Below are positions 1 to 13,939 of a stretch of 64,000 bases of DNA, in pieces; the first letter of the stretch is position 1; each line of letters starts with the position of its first letter. This stretch comes from the human T2T-CHM13v2.0 reference genome, Homo sapiens. The stretch lies in the NCBI RefSeq assembly GCF_009914755.1, contig NC_060933.1; one strand, 5' to 3'. Below the pieces are notes generated by a model. It did not search any database, was not told the DNA's origin, and worked only from the letters and a program-made list of their open reading frames with translations. Position numbers and translations under genes: made by a program.

Positions 1-1346
1 ATGGAATGGAATGGAATGGAAAGGAATACATTGGAATCAACCCGAGTGGAATGGAATGGAAAGGAGTGGAATGGAGTGGAATGGAATGGAATGGAATGGA
101 ATGGAATCAACTCGATTTTAATGGAATGGAATGGAATGGAATGGAATGGAATGGAATGGAATGGAATGGAATGGAATTAATCCGAATAGAATGGAATGGA
201 ATGGAATGGAACGGAACGGAATGGAATGGAATGGAATGGAATGGAATGGAATGGAATGGAAACAACCCGACTGCAGGGGAATGGAATGGAATGGAATGCA
301 ATGGAATGGATTCAACTTGAATGGAATGGAAAGAATGGAATCAACACGAGTGGAATGGCATGGATTGGAATGGAATGGAATGGAATCAACCCGAGTACAG
401 GGGAATGGAATGGAATGGAATGCAATGGAATGGAATCATCCGAAATGGAATGGAAAGGAATGGAATGGAATTGAATGGAATGGAATGGAATCAACTCGAT
501 TGCAATCGAATGGAATGGAATGGAATTAACCCGAATAGAATGGAATGGAATGGAATGGAACGGAACGGAACGGAATGGAATGGATTGGAATGGAATGGAA
601 TGGAATGGAATGGAACGGAAAGGAATGGAATGGAATGGAATGGAATGGAAGGGAATGGAATGCAATGGAATGGAATCAACCCGAGTACAATGGAATGGAA
701 TGGAATGGAATGGAATGGAATGGAATGGAATGATACGGAATTGAATGGAATGGAACGAAATGGAATGGAATGGAATGGAATGGAATGGAATGGAATGGAA
801 TGGAATCGTTCCGAGTGGAATAGGAGGGAATGTATTCGAGTGGAATGGAAAGGAATGGAATCAACCAGAGTGGAATGGAAGAGAATGGAATGGAATGGAA
901 ACTAATAGAATGGAATCAACCCGAGAGGAATGGAATGGAAAGGACTGGAATGGAATGGAATGGAATGGAATCAACTCGATTGTAATGGAATGGAATGGAA
1001 TGGAATGGAATTAACCCGAATACAATGGAATGGAATGGAATGGAACGGAATGGAGTGGAATGGAATGGAATCAACCCGAGTGCAGGGGAATGGAATGGAA
1101 TGGAATGCAATGGAATGGAATCATCCGGAATGGAATGGAATGGAATGGAATGCAAAGCAATGGAATCAACTCGATTACAATGGAATGGAATGGAATGGAA
1201 CGGAACGGAACGGAATGGAATGGATGGGAATGGAATGGAATGGAATGGAATGGAACGGAAAGGAATGGAATGGAATGGAATGGAATGGAATGGAATGGAA
1301 TCAACGCGAGTGCAGGGGAATGGAATGGAATGGAATGCAATGGAAT

Positions 1347-1361
1347 GGAATCTTCCGGAAT
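1347..1361. promoter_or_regulatory. Perfect three-unit heat-shock element GGAATCTTCCGGAAT (first of ~44 copies)
   Basis: It parses as gGAAt-cTTCc-gGAAt, which is nGAAn-nTTCn-nGAAn, the canonical HSF-trimer site. The motif match is seen directly. Occupancy is not shown by the sequence. Confidence 0.7.
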
Positions 1362-4300
1362 GGAATGGAATGGAATGGAATGGAATGGAATGGAACAACC
1401 CGAATGGAATGGAATGTAATGGAGAGTAAGGGAGTTGAATAGAATAAATCCGAATGTAATGGAATAGAATGGAACAGAATGGAATTGAATGGAATGGAAT
1501 GGAATGCAATGGAATGGAATCAACCCGAGTTCAATGGAATAGAGAGGAATGGAATGGAATGGAATGGAATCTACCCGAATGGAAGGTAATGTAATGGAGT
1601 GTTAGGGAATTGAATAGAATCAATCCGAATGTAATGGAATGGAATGGAACGGAATGGAATGGAATGGAATGGAATGGAATGGAATGCAATGGAATGGAAT
1701 AAACCCGAGTGCAATCGAATGGAATCGAACGGAATGGAATGCAATGGAATGGATTCAACTTGAATGGAATGGAAAGAATGGAATCAACAAGAGTGGAATG
1801 GCATGGATTGGAATGGAATGGAATGGAATCAACCTGAGTACAGGGGAATGGAATGGAATGGAATGCAATGGAATGGAATCATCCGTAATGGAATGGAAAG
1901 GAATGGAATGGAATGGAATGGAATGGAATGGAATGGAATGGAATGGAATCAACTCGATTGCAATCGAATGGAATGGAATGGAATTAACCCGAATAGAATG
2001 GAATGGAATGGAATGCAACGGAACGGAATGGAATGGAATGGAATGGAACGGAAAGGAAAGGAATGGAATGGAATGGAATGGAATGGAATGGAATGGAATG
2101 GAACGGAAAGGAAGGGAATGGAATGGAATGGAATGGAATGGAATGGAATCAACGCGAGTGCAGGGGAATAGAATGGAATGGAATGCAATGGAATGGAATC
2201 TTCCGGAATGGAATGGAATGGAATGGAATGGAATGGAATCAACCCGAGTGCAATGGAATGGAGTGGAATGGAATGGAATGGAATGGAACAACCCGAATGG
2301 AATGGAATGTAATGGAGAGTAAGGGAGTTGAATAGAATCAATCCGAATATAATGGAATGGAATGCAACGGAATGGAATGGAATGGAATGGAATGGAATGG
2401 AATGCAATGCCATGGAATCAACCCGAGTGCAATAGAATGGATTCGAATGGAATGGAATGCAATGGAATGGATTCAACTTGAATGGAATGGAAAGAATGGA
2501 ATCAACACGAGTGGAATGGCATGGATTGGAATGGAATGGAATGGGATCAACCCGAGTACAGGGGAATGGAATGGAATGGAATGCAATGGAATGGAATCAT
2601 CCGTAATGGAATGGAAAGGAATGGAATGGAATGGAATGGAATGGAATGGAATGGAATGGAATAGAATCAACTCGATTGCAATCGAATGGAATGGAATGGA
2701 ATTAACCCGAATAGAATGGAATGGAATGGAATGGAATGCAACGGAACGGAATGGAATGGAATGGAATGGAATGGAATGGAACCGAACGGAACGGAATGGA
2801 ATGGAATGGAATGGAATGGAATGGAATCAACGCGAGTGCAGGGGAATGGAATGGAATGGAATGCAATGGAATGGAATCTTCCGGAATGGAATGGAATGGA
2901 ATGGAATGGAATGAAATGCAATGGATTCAACTCGATTGCAATGGAATGGAATAGAATGGAATGGAATGGAATGGAATGGAATTAATCCGAATAGAATGGA
3001 ATGGAATGGAATGGAATGGAATGGAACGGAATGGAATGGAATGGAATGGAATGGAATGGAATGGAATGGTATGGAATGGAATGGAATGGTACGGAATAGA
3101 ATGGAATGGAACGAATTGTAATGGAATGGAATTGAATTGAATGGAACGGAATGGAATGGAATTGCATCAACGCGAGTGCAGGGGAATGTAATGGAACGGA
3201 ATGCAATGGAATGGAATCATCCGGAATGGAATGGAATGGAATGGAATGGAATGGAATGGAATGGAATGGAATCAACCCGAGTGCAATGGAATGTAATGGA
3301 GAGTAACGGAGTTGAATAGAATCAATCCGAATGTAATGGAATGGAATGCAACGGAATGGAATGGAATGGAAAGGAATGGAATGGAATGCAATGGAATTGA
3401 ATCAACCCGAGTACAATGGAATGGAATGGAATGGAATGGAATGGAATGGAATCGAATGGAATGATACGGAATAGAATGGAAAGGAACGAAATGGAATGGA
3501 ATGGAATGGAATGGAATTAATTCGAATAGAATGGAATGGAATGGAATGGAACGGAATGGAACGGAATGGAATGGAATGGAATGGAATGGAATGGAATGGT
3601 ATGTAATGGTATGTAATGGAATGGAATGGTACGGAATACAATGGAATGGAACGAATTGTAATGGAATGGAATTGAATGGAATGGAATGGAATCAACGCGA
3701 GTGCAGGGGAATGTAATGGAACGGAATGCAATGGAATGGAATCATCCGGAATGGAATGGAATGGAATGGAATGGAATGGAATGGAATGGAATCAACCCGA
3801 GTGCAATGGAATGGAGTGGAATGGAACGGAATGGAATGGAACAACCCGAATGGAATGGAATGTAATGGAGAGTAAGGGAGTTGAATAGAATCAATCCAAA
3901 TGTAATGGAATGGAATGCAACGGAATGGAATGGAATGGAAGGGAATGGAATGCAATGGAATGGAATCAACCCGAGTACAATGGAATGGAATGGAATGGAA
4001 TGGAATGGAATGATACGGAATAGAATGGAATGGAACGAAATGGAATGGAATGGAATGGAATGGAATGGAATGGAATGGAATCGTTCCGAGTGGAATAGGA
4101 GGGAATGTATTCGAGTGGAATGGAAAGGAATGGAATCAACCAGAGTGGAATGGAAGAGAAGGGAATGGAATGCAAACTAATAGAATGGAATCAACCCGAG
4201 AGGAATGGAATGGAAAGGACTGGAATGGAATGGAATGGAATGGAATCAACTCGATTGTAATGGAATGGAATGGAATCGAATGGAATGGAATGGAATGGAA

Positions 4301-6719
4301 TGGAATTAACCCGAATACAATGGAATGGAATGGAATGGAACGGAATGGAGTGGAATGGAATGGAATCAACCGGAGTGCAGGGGAATGGAATTGAATGGAA
4401 TGCAATGGAATGGAATCATCCGGAATGGAATGGAATGGAATGGAATGCAAAGCAATGGAATCAACTCGATTGCAATGGAATGGAATGGAATGGAAAGGAA
4501 TACATTGGAATCAACCCGAGTGGAATGGAATGGAAAGGACTGGAATGGAGTGGAATGGAATGGAATGGAATGGAATGGAATCAACTCGATTGGAATGGAA
4601 TGTAATGGAATGGAATAGAATGGAATGGAATGAACCCGAATAGAATGGAATGGAATGGAATGGAACGGAACGGAATGGAATGGAATGGAATGGAATGGAA
4701 TGGAATGGAATGGAATGGAAACAACCCGACTGCAGGGGAATGGAATGGAATGGAATGCAATGGAATGGATTCAACTTGCATGGAATTTAAAGAATGGAAT
4801 AAACACGAGTGGAATGGCATGGATTGGAATGGAATGGAATGGAATCAACCCGAGTACAGGGGAATGGAATGGAATGGAATGCAATGGAATGGAATCATCC
4901 GTAATGGAATGGAAAGGAATGTAATGTAATGGAATGGAATGGAATGGAATGGAATGGAATGGAATGGAATGGAATCAACTCGATTGCAATCGAATGGAAT
5001 GGAATGGAATTAACCTGAATAGAATGGAATGGAATGGAATGGAACGGAACGGAATGGAATGGAATGGAATGGAATGGAATGGAATGGAATGGAATGGAAT
5101 CAACGCGAGTGCAGGGGAATGGAATGGAATGGAATGCAATGGAATGGAATCTTCCGGAATGCAATGGAATGGAATGGAATGGAATGAAATGCAATGGATT
5201 CAACTCGATTGCAATGGAATGGAATAGAATGGAATGGAATGGAATGGAATGGAATGGAATGGAATGAATTCGAATAGAATGGAATGGAATGGAATGGAAC
5301 GGAATGGAACGGAATAGAATGGAATGGAATGGAATGGAATGGAATGGAATGGTATGGAATAGAATGGAATGGTACGGAATAGAATGGAATGGAACGATTT
5401 GTAATGGAATGGAATTGAATGGAATGGAATGGAATCAACGCGAGTGCAGGGGAATGTAATAGAACGGAATGCAATGGAATGGAATCATCCGGAATGGAAT
5501 GGAATGGAATGGAATGGAATGGAATGGAATCAACCCGAGTGCAATGGAATGGAGTGGAATGGAATGGAATGGAATGGAACAACCCGAATGGAATGGAATG
5601 TAATGGAGTGTAAGGGAATTGAATAGAATCAATCCGAATGTAATGGAATGGAATGGAACCGAATGGAATGGAATGGAATGAAATGGAACGGAATGGAATG
5701 CAATGGAATGGAATCAACCCGAGTGCAATCGAATGGCATCGAATGGAATGGAATGCAATGGAATGGATTCAACTTGAATGGAATGGAAAGAATGGAATCA
5801 ACACGAGTGGAATGGCATGGATTGGAATGCAATGGAATGGAATCAACCCGAGTACAGGGGAATGGAATGGAATGGAATGCAATGGAATGGAATCATCCGT
5901 AATGGAATGGAAAGGAATGGAATGGAATGGAATGGAATGGAATGGAATGGAATGGAATGGAATCAACACGATTGCAATCGAATGGAATGGAATGGAATTA
6001 ACCCGAATAGAATGGAATGGAATGGAATGGAACGGAACCGAATGGAATGGAATGGAATGGAATGGAATGGAATGGAACGGAACGGAATGGAATGGAATGG
6101 AATGGAATGGAATGGAATGGAATCAACGCGAGTGAAGGGGAATGGAATGGAATGGAATGCAATGGAATGGAATCTTCCGGAATGGAATGGAATGGAATGG
6201 AATGGAATGGAATGAAATGCAATGGATTCAACTTGATTGCAATGGAATGTAATAGAATGGGATGGAATGGAATGGAATGGAATTAACCCGAATAGAATGG
6301 AAAGGAATGGATTGGCACGGAATTGAACGGAATGGAATGGAATGGAATGGAATGGAATGGAATGGTATGGAGTGGTACGGAATAGAATGGAATGGAACGA
6401 ATTGTAATGGAATGGAATTGAATGGAATGGAATGGAATGGAATGGAATCAACGCGAGTGCAGGGGAATGTAATGGAACGGAATGCAATGGAATGGAATCA
6501 TCCGGAATGGAATGGAATGGAATGCAATGGAATGGAATCAACCCGAGTGCAATGGAATGGAGTGGAATGGAATGGAATGGAATGGAATAAACCGAATGGA
6601 ATGGAATGTAATGGAGAGTAAGGGAGTTGAATAGAATCAATCCGAATGTAATGGAATGGAATGCAACGGAATGGAATGGAATGGAATGCAATGGAATGGA
6701 ATGGAATGGAATGCAAAGG

Positions 6720-7260
6720 AATGGAATCAACCCGAGTAGAATGGCATAGAATGGAATGCAATGGATTGGAATGGAATGGAATCAACTCGAGTGGAAAGGA
6801 ATGGAATGGAATGGAAAGGAATGGAATGAAGTCAACTCGAGTGGAATGGAATCGAATGGAACGGATTGGAATGGATTGCAATGGAATGAAATGGAATGGA
6901 ATGGAATGGAATCAATCATTTCGAGTTGAATGGAAGGGAATGTAATGGAGTGGAAAGAAGGGAATGGAATCAACCCGAGTGGAATGCAAGGCAATGGAAT
7001 GGAATGGAAAGGAATGGAATGGAAACAACTCGATTGCAATGGAATGGAATGGAATGGAATGGAATTAACCGGAATAGAATGGAATGGAATGGAATGGAAC
7101 GGAATGGAATGGAATGGAATGGAATGGAATCAACACGAGTGCAGGGGAATGGAATGGAATGGAATGCAATGGAATGGAATCATCCGGAATGGAATGGAAT
7201 GGAATGGAATCAACTCCATTGCAATGGAATGGTATGGAGTGGAATGGAATAGAATGGAAT
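6720..7260 (+). repeat. Rare module J (paired CAACTCGAGT, CAATCATT(C/T)CGAGT, GGAGTGGAAAGAAGGG, GCAAGGCAATGG); 4 copies
   Basis: The CAATCATT word starts at 6913, 26559, 50738 and 52036. Each copy carries two -1 register slips. Confidence 0.9.
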
Positions 7261-8810
7261 TGAATTAACCCGAATAGAATGGAATGCAATAGAATGGAAT
7301 GCAACGGAACCGAATAGAGGGGAATGGAATGGAATGGAATCAACCCGAGTACAGGGGAATGGAATGGAATGGAATGCAATGGAATGGAGTCATCCGTAAT
7401 GGAATGGAAAGGAATGAAATGGAATGGAATGGACTGGAATGGAATGGAATGGAATGGAATCAACGCGAGTGCAGGGGAATGGAATGGAATGGAATGCAAT
7501 GGAATGGAATCTTCCGTAATGGAATGGAAAGGAATGGAATGGAATGGAATGGAATGGAATGGAATGGAATGGAATGGAATCAACTCGATTGCAATCGAAT
7601 GGAATGGAATGGAATTAACCCGAATAGAATGGAATGGAATGGAATGGAACGGAACGGAACGGAACGGAACGGAATGGAATGGAATGGAATGGAATGGAAC
7701 GGAAAGGAATGGAATGGAATGGAATAGAATGGAATAGAATGGAATCAACGCGAGTGCAGGGGAATGGAATGGAATGGAATGCAATGGAACGGAATCTTCC
7801 GGAATGGAATGGAATGGAATGGAATGGAATGGAACAAACCTGAGTGCAATGGAATGGAGTGGAATGGAATGGAATGGAATGGAACAACCCGAATGGAATG
7901 GAATATAATGGAGAGTAAGGGAGTTGAATAGAATCAATCCGAATGTAATGGAATGGAATGGAACGGAATGGAATTGAATGGAATGGAATGGAATGGAATG
8001 GAATGGAATCAACACGATTGCAATCGAATGGAATGGAATGGAATTAACACGAATAGAATGGAATGCAATGGAATGGAACGGAACAGAATGGAATGGAATG
8101 GAATGGAATGGAATGGAATGGAATGGAATGGAACGGAACTGAATGGAATGGAATGGAATGGAATGGAATGGAATGGAATGGAATGGAAAGGAATGGAATC
8201 AACGCGAGTGCAGGGGAATGGAATGTAATGGAATGCATTGGAATGGAATCTTCCGGAATGGAATGGAATGTAATGGAATCAACCCGAGTGCAATGGAATG
8301 GAGTGGAATGGAATGGAATGGAATGGAACAACCCGAATGGAATCGAATGTAATGGAGAGTAAGGGAGTTGAATAGAATCAATCCGAATGTAATGGAATGG
8401 AATGGAACGGAATGGAATGGAATGGAATGGAATGGAATGGAATGGAATGCAATGGAATGGAATCATCCGTAATGGAATGGAAAGGAATGGAATGGAATGG
8501 AATGGAATGGAATGGAATGGAATGGAATCAACTCGATTGCAATCCAATGGAATGGAATGGAATTAACCCGAATAGAATGGAATGGAATGGAATGGAACGG
8601 AACGGAACGGAACGGCAGGGATTGGAATGGAATGGAATGGAATGGAATGGAACGGAAAGGAATGGAATGGAATGGAATGGAATGGAATGGAATGGAATGG
8701 AATGGAATCAACGAGAGTGCAGGGGAATGGAATGGAATGGAATGCAATGGAATGGAATCTTCCGGAATGGAATGGAATGGAATGGAATGGAATGGAATGG
8801 AATGGAATGG

Positions 8811-9100
8811 AATAAACCCGAGTGCAATGGAATGGAGTGGAATGGAATGGAATGGAATGGAACAACCCGAGTGGAATAGAATGTAATGGAGAGTAAGGGA
8901 GTTGAATAGAATCAATCCGAATGTAATGGAATGGAATGGAACGGAATGGAATTGAATGGAATGGAATGGAATGCAATGGAATGGAATCAACCCGAGTGCA
9001 ATGGAATGGAGAGGAATGGAATGGAATGGAATGGAAACTACCCGAATGGAATGGAATGTAATGGAGTGTAAGGGAATTGAATAGAATCAATCCGAATGTA
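8811..9100 (+). repeat. Modules F and G, a diverged tandem pair (F: GGAACAACCCG...GGAGAGTAAGGGAGTTGAATAGAATCAATCCG; G: GGAAACTACCCG...GGAGTGTAAGGGAATTGAATAGAATCAATCCG); exemplar
   Basis: Two adjacent ~180-bp segments have the same word order and diagnostic differences. About 51 F-type copies occur across the window by manual count, and G commonly follows F. Confidence 0.9.
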
Positions 9101-10229
9101 ATGGAATGGAATGGAACGGAATGGGATGGAATGGAATGGAATGGAATGGAATGCAATGGAATGGAATCAACCCGAGTGCAATCGAATGGAATCGAATGGA
9201 ATGGAATGCAATGGAATGGATTCAACTTGAATGGAATGGAAAGAATGGAATCAACACGAGTGGAATGGCATGGATTGGAATGGAATGGAATGGAATCATC
9301 CCGAGTACAGGGGAATGGAATGGAATGGAATGCAATGGAATGGAATCATCCGGAAGGGAATGGAAAGGAATGGAATGGAATGGAATGGAATGGAATGGAA
9401 TGGAATGGAATGGAATCAACTCGATTGCAATCGAATGGAATGGAATGGAATTAACCCGAATAGAATGGAATGGAATGGAATGGAACGGAAAGGAATGGAA
9501 TGGAATGGAATGGAATGGAACGGAATGGAACGGAATGGATGGAATGGAATGGAATGGAATGGAACGGAATCAACGCGAGTGCAGGGGAATGGAATGGAAT
9601 GGAATGCAATGGAATGGAATCTTCCGGAATGGAATGGAATGGAATGGAATGGAATGAAATCTAATGGATTCAACTCGAATGCAATGGAATGGAATGGAAT
9701 GGAATGGAATGGAATGGAATGGAATGGAATGGAATTAACCCGAATAGAATGGAATGGAATGGAATGGAATGGAATGGAACGGAATGGAATGGAATGGAAT
9801 GGAATGGAATGGAATGGTATGGAATGGAATGGAATGGTACGGAATAGAATGGAATGGAACGAATTGTAATGGAATGGAATTGAATGGAATGGAATGGAAT
9901 GGAATGGAATCAACGCGAGTGCAGGGGAATGTAATGGAACGGAATGCAATGGAATGGAATCATCCGGAATGGAATGGAATGGAATGGAATGGAATGGAAT
10001 GGAATCAACTCGAGTGCAATGGAATGGAGTGGAATGGAATGGAATGGAATGGAACAACCCGAAAGGAATGGAATGTAATGGAGAGTAAGGGAGTTGAATA
10101 GAATCAATCCGAATGTAATGGAATGGAATGCAACGGAATGGAGTGGAATGGAATGGAATGGAATGGAATGCAATGGAATGGAATCAACCCAAGTACAATG
10201 GAATGGAATGGAATGGAATGGAATGGAAT

Positions 10230-10505
10230 GCCTTCAAACCGAATGGAATGGAAAGGAATGGAATCAACACGAGTGGAATGGAATGGAATGGAATGGAATG
10301 GAATGGAATGGAATGATACGGAATAGAATGGAATGGAACGAAATGGAATGGAATGGAATGGAATGGAATGGAATGGAATGGAATGGAATGGAATGGAATC
10401 GTTCCGAGTGGAATAGGAGGGAATGTATTCGAGTGGAATGGAAAGGAATGGAATCAACCAGAGTGGAATTGAAGGGAATGGAATGGAATGGAAACTAATA
10501 GAATG
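10230..10505 (+). repeat. Module H (GCCTTCAAACC...GATACGG...CGTTCCGAGTGGAATAGGAGGGAATGTATTCGAG...CAACCAGAG...GGAAACTAATAG); exemplar of 16 copies
   Basis: The CGTTCCGAG word or a one-base variant occurs at 807, 4082, 10400, 11339, 13940, 22251, 22910, 32745, 35939, 42133, 42782, 44464, 48068, 55446, 57060 and 59421. Confidence 0.9.
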
Positions 10506-11338
10506 GAATCAACCCGAGTGGAATGGAATGGAAAAGACTGGAATGGAAAGGAATGGAATGGAATGGAATGGAATGGAATGGAATGGAATGGAATCAACGC
10601 GAGTGCAGGGGAATGGAATGGAATCGAATGGAATGGAATGGAATCATCAGCAATGGAATGGAATGGAATGGAACGGAACGGAATGGAATGGAATGGAATG
10701 GAATGGAATGGAATGAAATGCAATGGATTCAACTCGATTGCAATGGAATGGAATAGAATGGAATGGAATGGAATGGAAAGGAATTAATTCGAATAGAATG
10801 GAATGGAATGGAATGGAACGGAATGGAACGGAATGGAATGGAATGGAATGGTATGGAATGGAATGGAATGGTACGGAATAGAATGGAATGGAATGAATTG
10901 TAATGGAATGGAATTGAATGGAATGGAATGGAATCAACGCGACTGCAGGGGAATGTAATGGAACGGAATGCAATGGAATGGAATCATCCGGAATGGAATG
11001 GAATGGAATGGAATGGAATGGAATGGAATGGAATCAACCCGAGAGCAATGGAATGGAGTGGAATGGAATGGAATGGAATGGAACAACCCGAATGGAATGG
11101 AATGTAATGGAGAGTAAGGGAGTTGAATAGAATCAATCTGAATGTAATGGAATGGAATGCAACGGAATGGAATGGAATGGAATGGAATGGAATGCAATGG
11201 AATTGAATCAACCCGAGTACAATGGAATGGAATGGAATGGAATGGAATGGAATGGAATGGAATGATACGGAATAGAATGGAATGGAATGAAATGGAATGG
11301 AATGGAATGGAATGGAATGGAATGGAATGGAATGGAAT

Positions 11339-13939
11339 CGTTCCGAGTGGAATAGGAGGAAATGTTTTCGAGTGGAATGGAAAGGAATGGAATCAACCAG
11401 AGTGGAATGGAAGGGAATGGAATGGAATGGAAACTAATAGAATAGAATCAACCCGAGAGGAATGGAATGGAAAGGACTGGAATGGAATGGAATGGAATGG
11501 AATCAACTCGATTTTAATGGAATGGAATGGAATGGAATGGAATGGAATGGAATGGAATTAACCCGAATACAATGCAATGGAATGGAATGGAATGGAATGG
11601 AGTGGAATGGAATGGAATCAACCCGAGTGCAGGGGAATGGAATGGAATGGAATGCAATGGAATGGAATCATCCGGAATGGAATGGAATGGAATGGAATGC
11701 AAAGCAATGGAATCAACTCGATTGCAATGGAATGGAATGGAATGGAAAGGAATACATGGGAATCAACCCGAGTGGAATGGAATGGAAAGGACTGGAATGG
11801 AGTGGAATGGAATGGAATGGAATGGAATGGAATCAACTCGATTGGAATGGAATGGAATTGAATGGAATGGAATGGAATGGAATTAACCCGAATAGAATGG
11901 AATGGAATGGAATGGAACGGAACGGAATGGAATGGAATGGAATGGAATGGAATGGAATGGAATGGAATGGAAACAACCCGACTGCAGGGGAATGGAATGG
12001 AATGGAATGCAATGGAATGGATTCAACTTGAATGGAATGGAAAGAATGGAATCAACACGAGTGGAATGGCATGGATTGGAATGGAATGGAATGGAATCAA
12101 CCCGAGTACAGGGGAATGGAATGGAATAGAATGCAATGGAAAGCAATCATCCGTAATGGAATGGAAAGGAATGGAATGGAATGGAATGGAATGGAATGGA
12201 ATGGAATCAACTCGATTGCAAGCAAATGCAATGGAATGGAATTAACCCGAATAGAATGGAATGGAATGGAATGGAACGGAACGGAACGGAATGGAATGGA
12301 TTGGAATGGAATGGAATGGAATGGAATGGAACGGAAAGAAATGGAATGGAATGGAATGGAATGGAATGGAATGGAATGGAATCAACGCGAGTGCAGGGAA
12401 ATGGAATGGAATGCAATGCAATGGAATGGAATCTTCCGGAATGGAATGGAATGGAATGGAATGGAATGAAATGGAATGGAATGGAATAAACCCGAGTGCA
12501 ATGGAATGGAGTGGAATGGAATGGAATGGAATGGAACAACCGGAATGGAATGGAATGTAATGGAGAGTAAGGGAGTTGAATAGAATCAATCCGAATGTAA
12601 TGGAATGGAATGGAACGGAATGGAATTGAATGGAATGGAATGGAATTCAATGGAATGGAATCAACCCGAGTTCAATGGAATGGAGAGGAATGGAATGGAA
12701 CGGGATGGAAACTACCCGAATGGAATGGAATGTAATGGAGTGTAAGGGAATTGAATAGAATCAATCCGAATGTAATGGAATGGAATGGAACGGAATGGAA
12801 TGGAATGGAATGGAATGGAATGGAATGCAATGGAATGGAATCAACCCGAGTGCAATCGAATGGAATCGAATGGAATGGAATGCAATGGAATGGATTCAAC
12901 TTGAATGGAATGGAAAGAATGGAATCAACACGAGTGGAATGGCATGGATTGGAATGGAATGGAATGGAATCAACCCGAGTACAGGGGAATGGAATGGAAT
13001 GGAATGCGATGGAATGGAATCATCCGTAATGGAATGGAAAGGAATGGAATAGAATGGAATAGAATGGAATGGAATGGAATGTAATGGAATGGAATCAACT
13101 CGATTGCAATCGAATGGAATGGAATGGAATTAACCCGAATAGAATGGAATGGAATGGAATGGAACGGAACGGAATGGAATGGAATGGAATGGAATGGAAT
13201 GGAACGGAATGGAATGGAAAGGAATGGAATGGAATGGAACGGAACGGAATGGAATGGAATGGAATGGAATGGAATGGAATGGAATGGAATCAACGCGAGT
13301 GCAGGGTAATGGAATGGAATGGAATGCAATGGAATGGAATCTTCCGGAATGGAATGGAATGGAGTGGAATGAAATGCAATGGATTCAACTCGATTGCAAT
13401 GGAATGGAATAGAATGGAATGGAATGGAATGGAATGGAATTAATCCGAATAGAATGGAATGGAATGGAATGGAACGGAATGGAACGGAATGGAATGGAAT
13501 GGAATGGAATGGAATGGTATGGAATGGAATGGAATGGTAAGGAATAGAATGGAATGAAACGAATTGTAATGGAATGGAATTGAATGGAATGGAATGGAAT
13601 GGAATCAACGCGAGTGCAGGGGAATGTAATGGAACGGAATGCAATGGAATGGAGTCATCCGGAATGGAATGGAATGGAATGGAATGGAATCAACCCGAGT
13701 GCAATGGAATGGAGTGGAATGGAATGGAATGGAATGGAACAACCCGAATGGAGTGGAATGTAATGGAGAGTAAGGGAGTTGAATAGAATCAATCCGTATG
13801 TAATGGAATGGAATGCAACGGAATGGAATGGAATGGAATGGAATGGAATGCAATGGAATTGAATCAACCCGAGTACAATGGAATGGAATGGAATGGAATG
13901 CAATGGAATGGAATGGAATGGAATGGAATGGAATGGAAT
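11339..13939 (+). repeat. One complete ~2.6 kb module cycle (H-I-A-B-C-D-F-G-A-B-C-D-E-F, back to H)
   Basis: The H-to-H distance is 2601 bp and contains two A modules (12022, 12895). The same word order recurs elsewhere with insertions or deletions of whole modules. Confidence 0.75.
12839..12999 (+). repeat. Module A/B, pHuR98-like ~160-bp SatIII unit; exemplar of 39 copies of the A core
   Basis: The sequence is AATCAACCCGAGTGCAATCGAATGGAATCG...GGATTCAACTTGAATGGAATGGAAAGAATGGAATCAACACGAGTGGAATGGCATGGATTGG...CAACCCGAGTACAGGGG. I counted the TTCAACTTG core 39 times (311 to 63440). The similarity to the pHuR98 clone and SatIII RT-PCR primers is recalled, not aligned. Confidence 0.8.

Noticed and set aside
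1082-1095. GGGG tracts (GCAGGGGAAT) as canonical G-quadruplexes
   Set aside because: The tracts are isolated, tens to hundreds of bases apart, so there is no G3+N1-7 pattern.
1353-1360. TTCCGGAA palindrome as a STAT or ETS site; EWS-FLI1 GGAA microsatellite
   Set aside because: The spacing is one base shorter than the usual TTCN3GAA, and the ETS flank (GGAAGT) is absent. EWS-FLI1 microsatellites are tetrameric (GGAA)n, not GGAAT. The HSE reading is an exact match and is preferred.
1421-1440. Splice-donor-like GTAAGG in modules F and G
   Set aside because: The exonic -1 base is A or T rather than G, and the purine-rich strand has no polypyrimidine tract to provide an acceptor.
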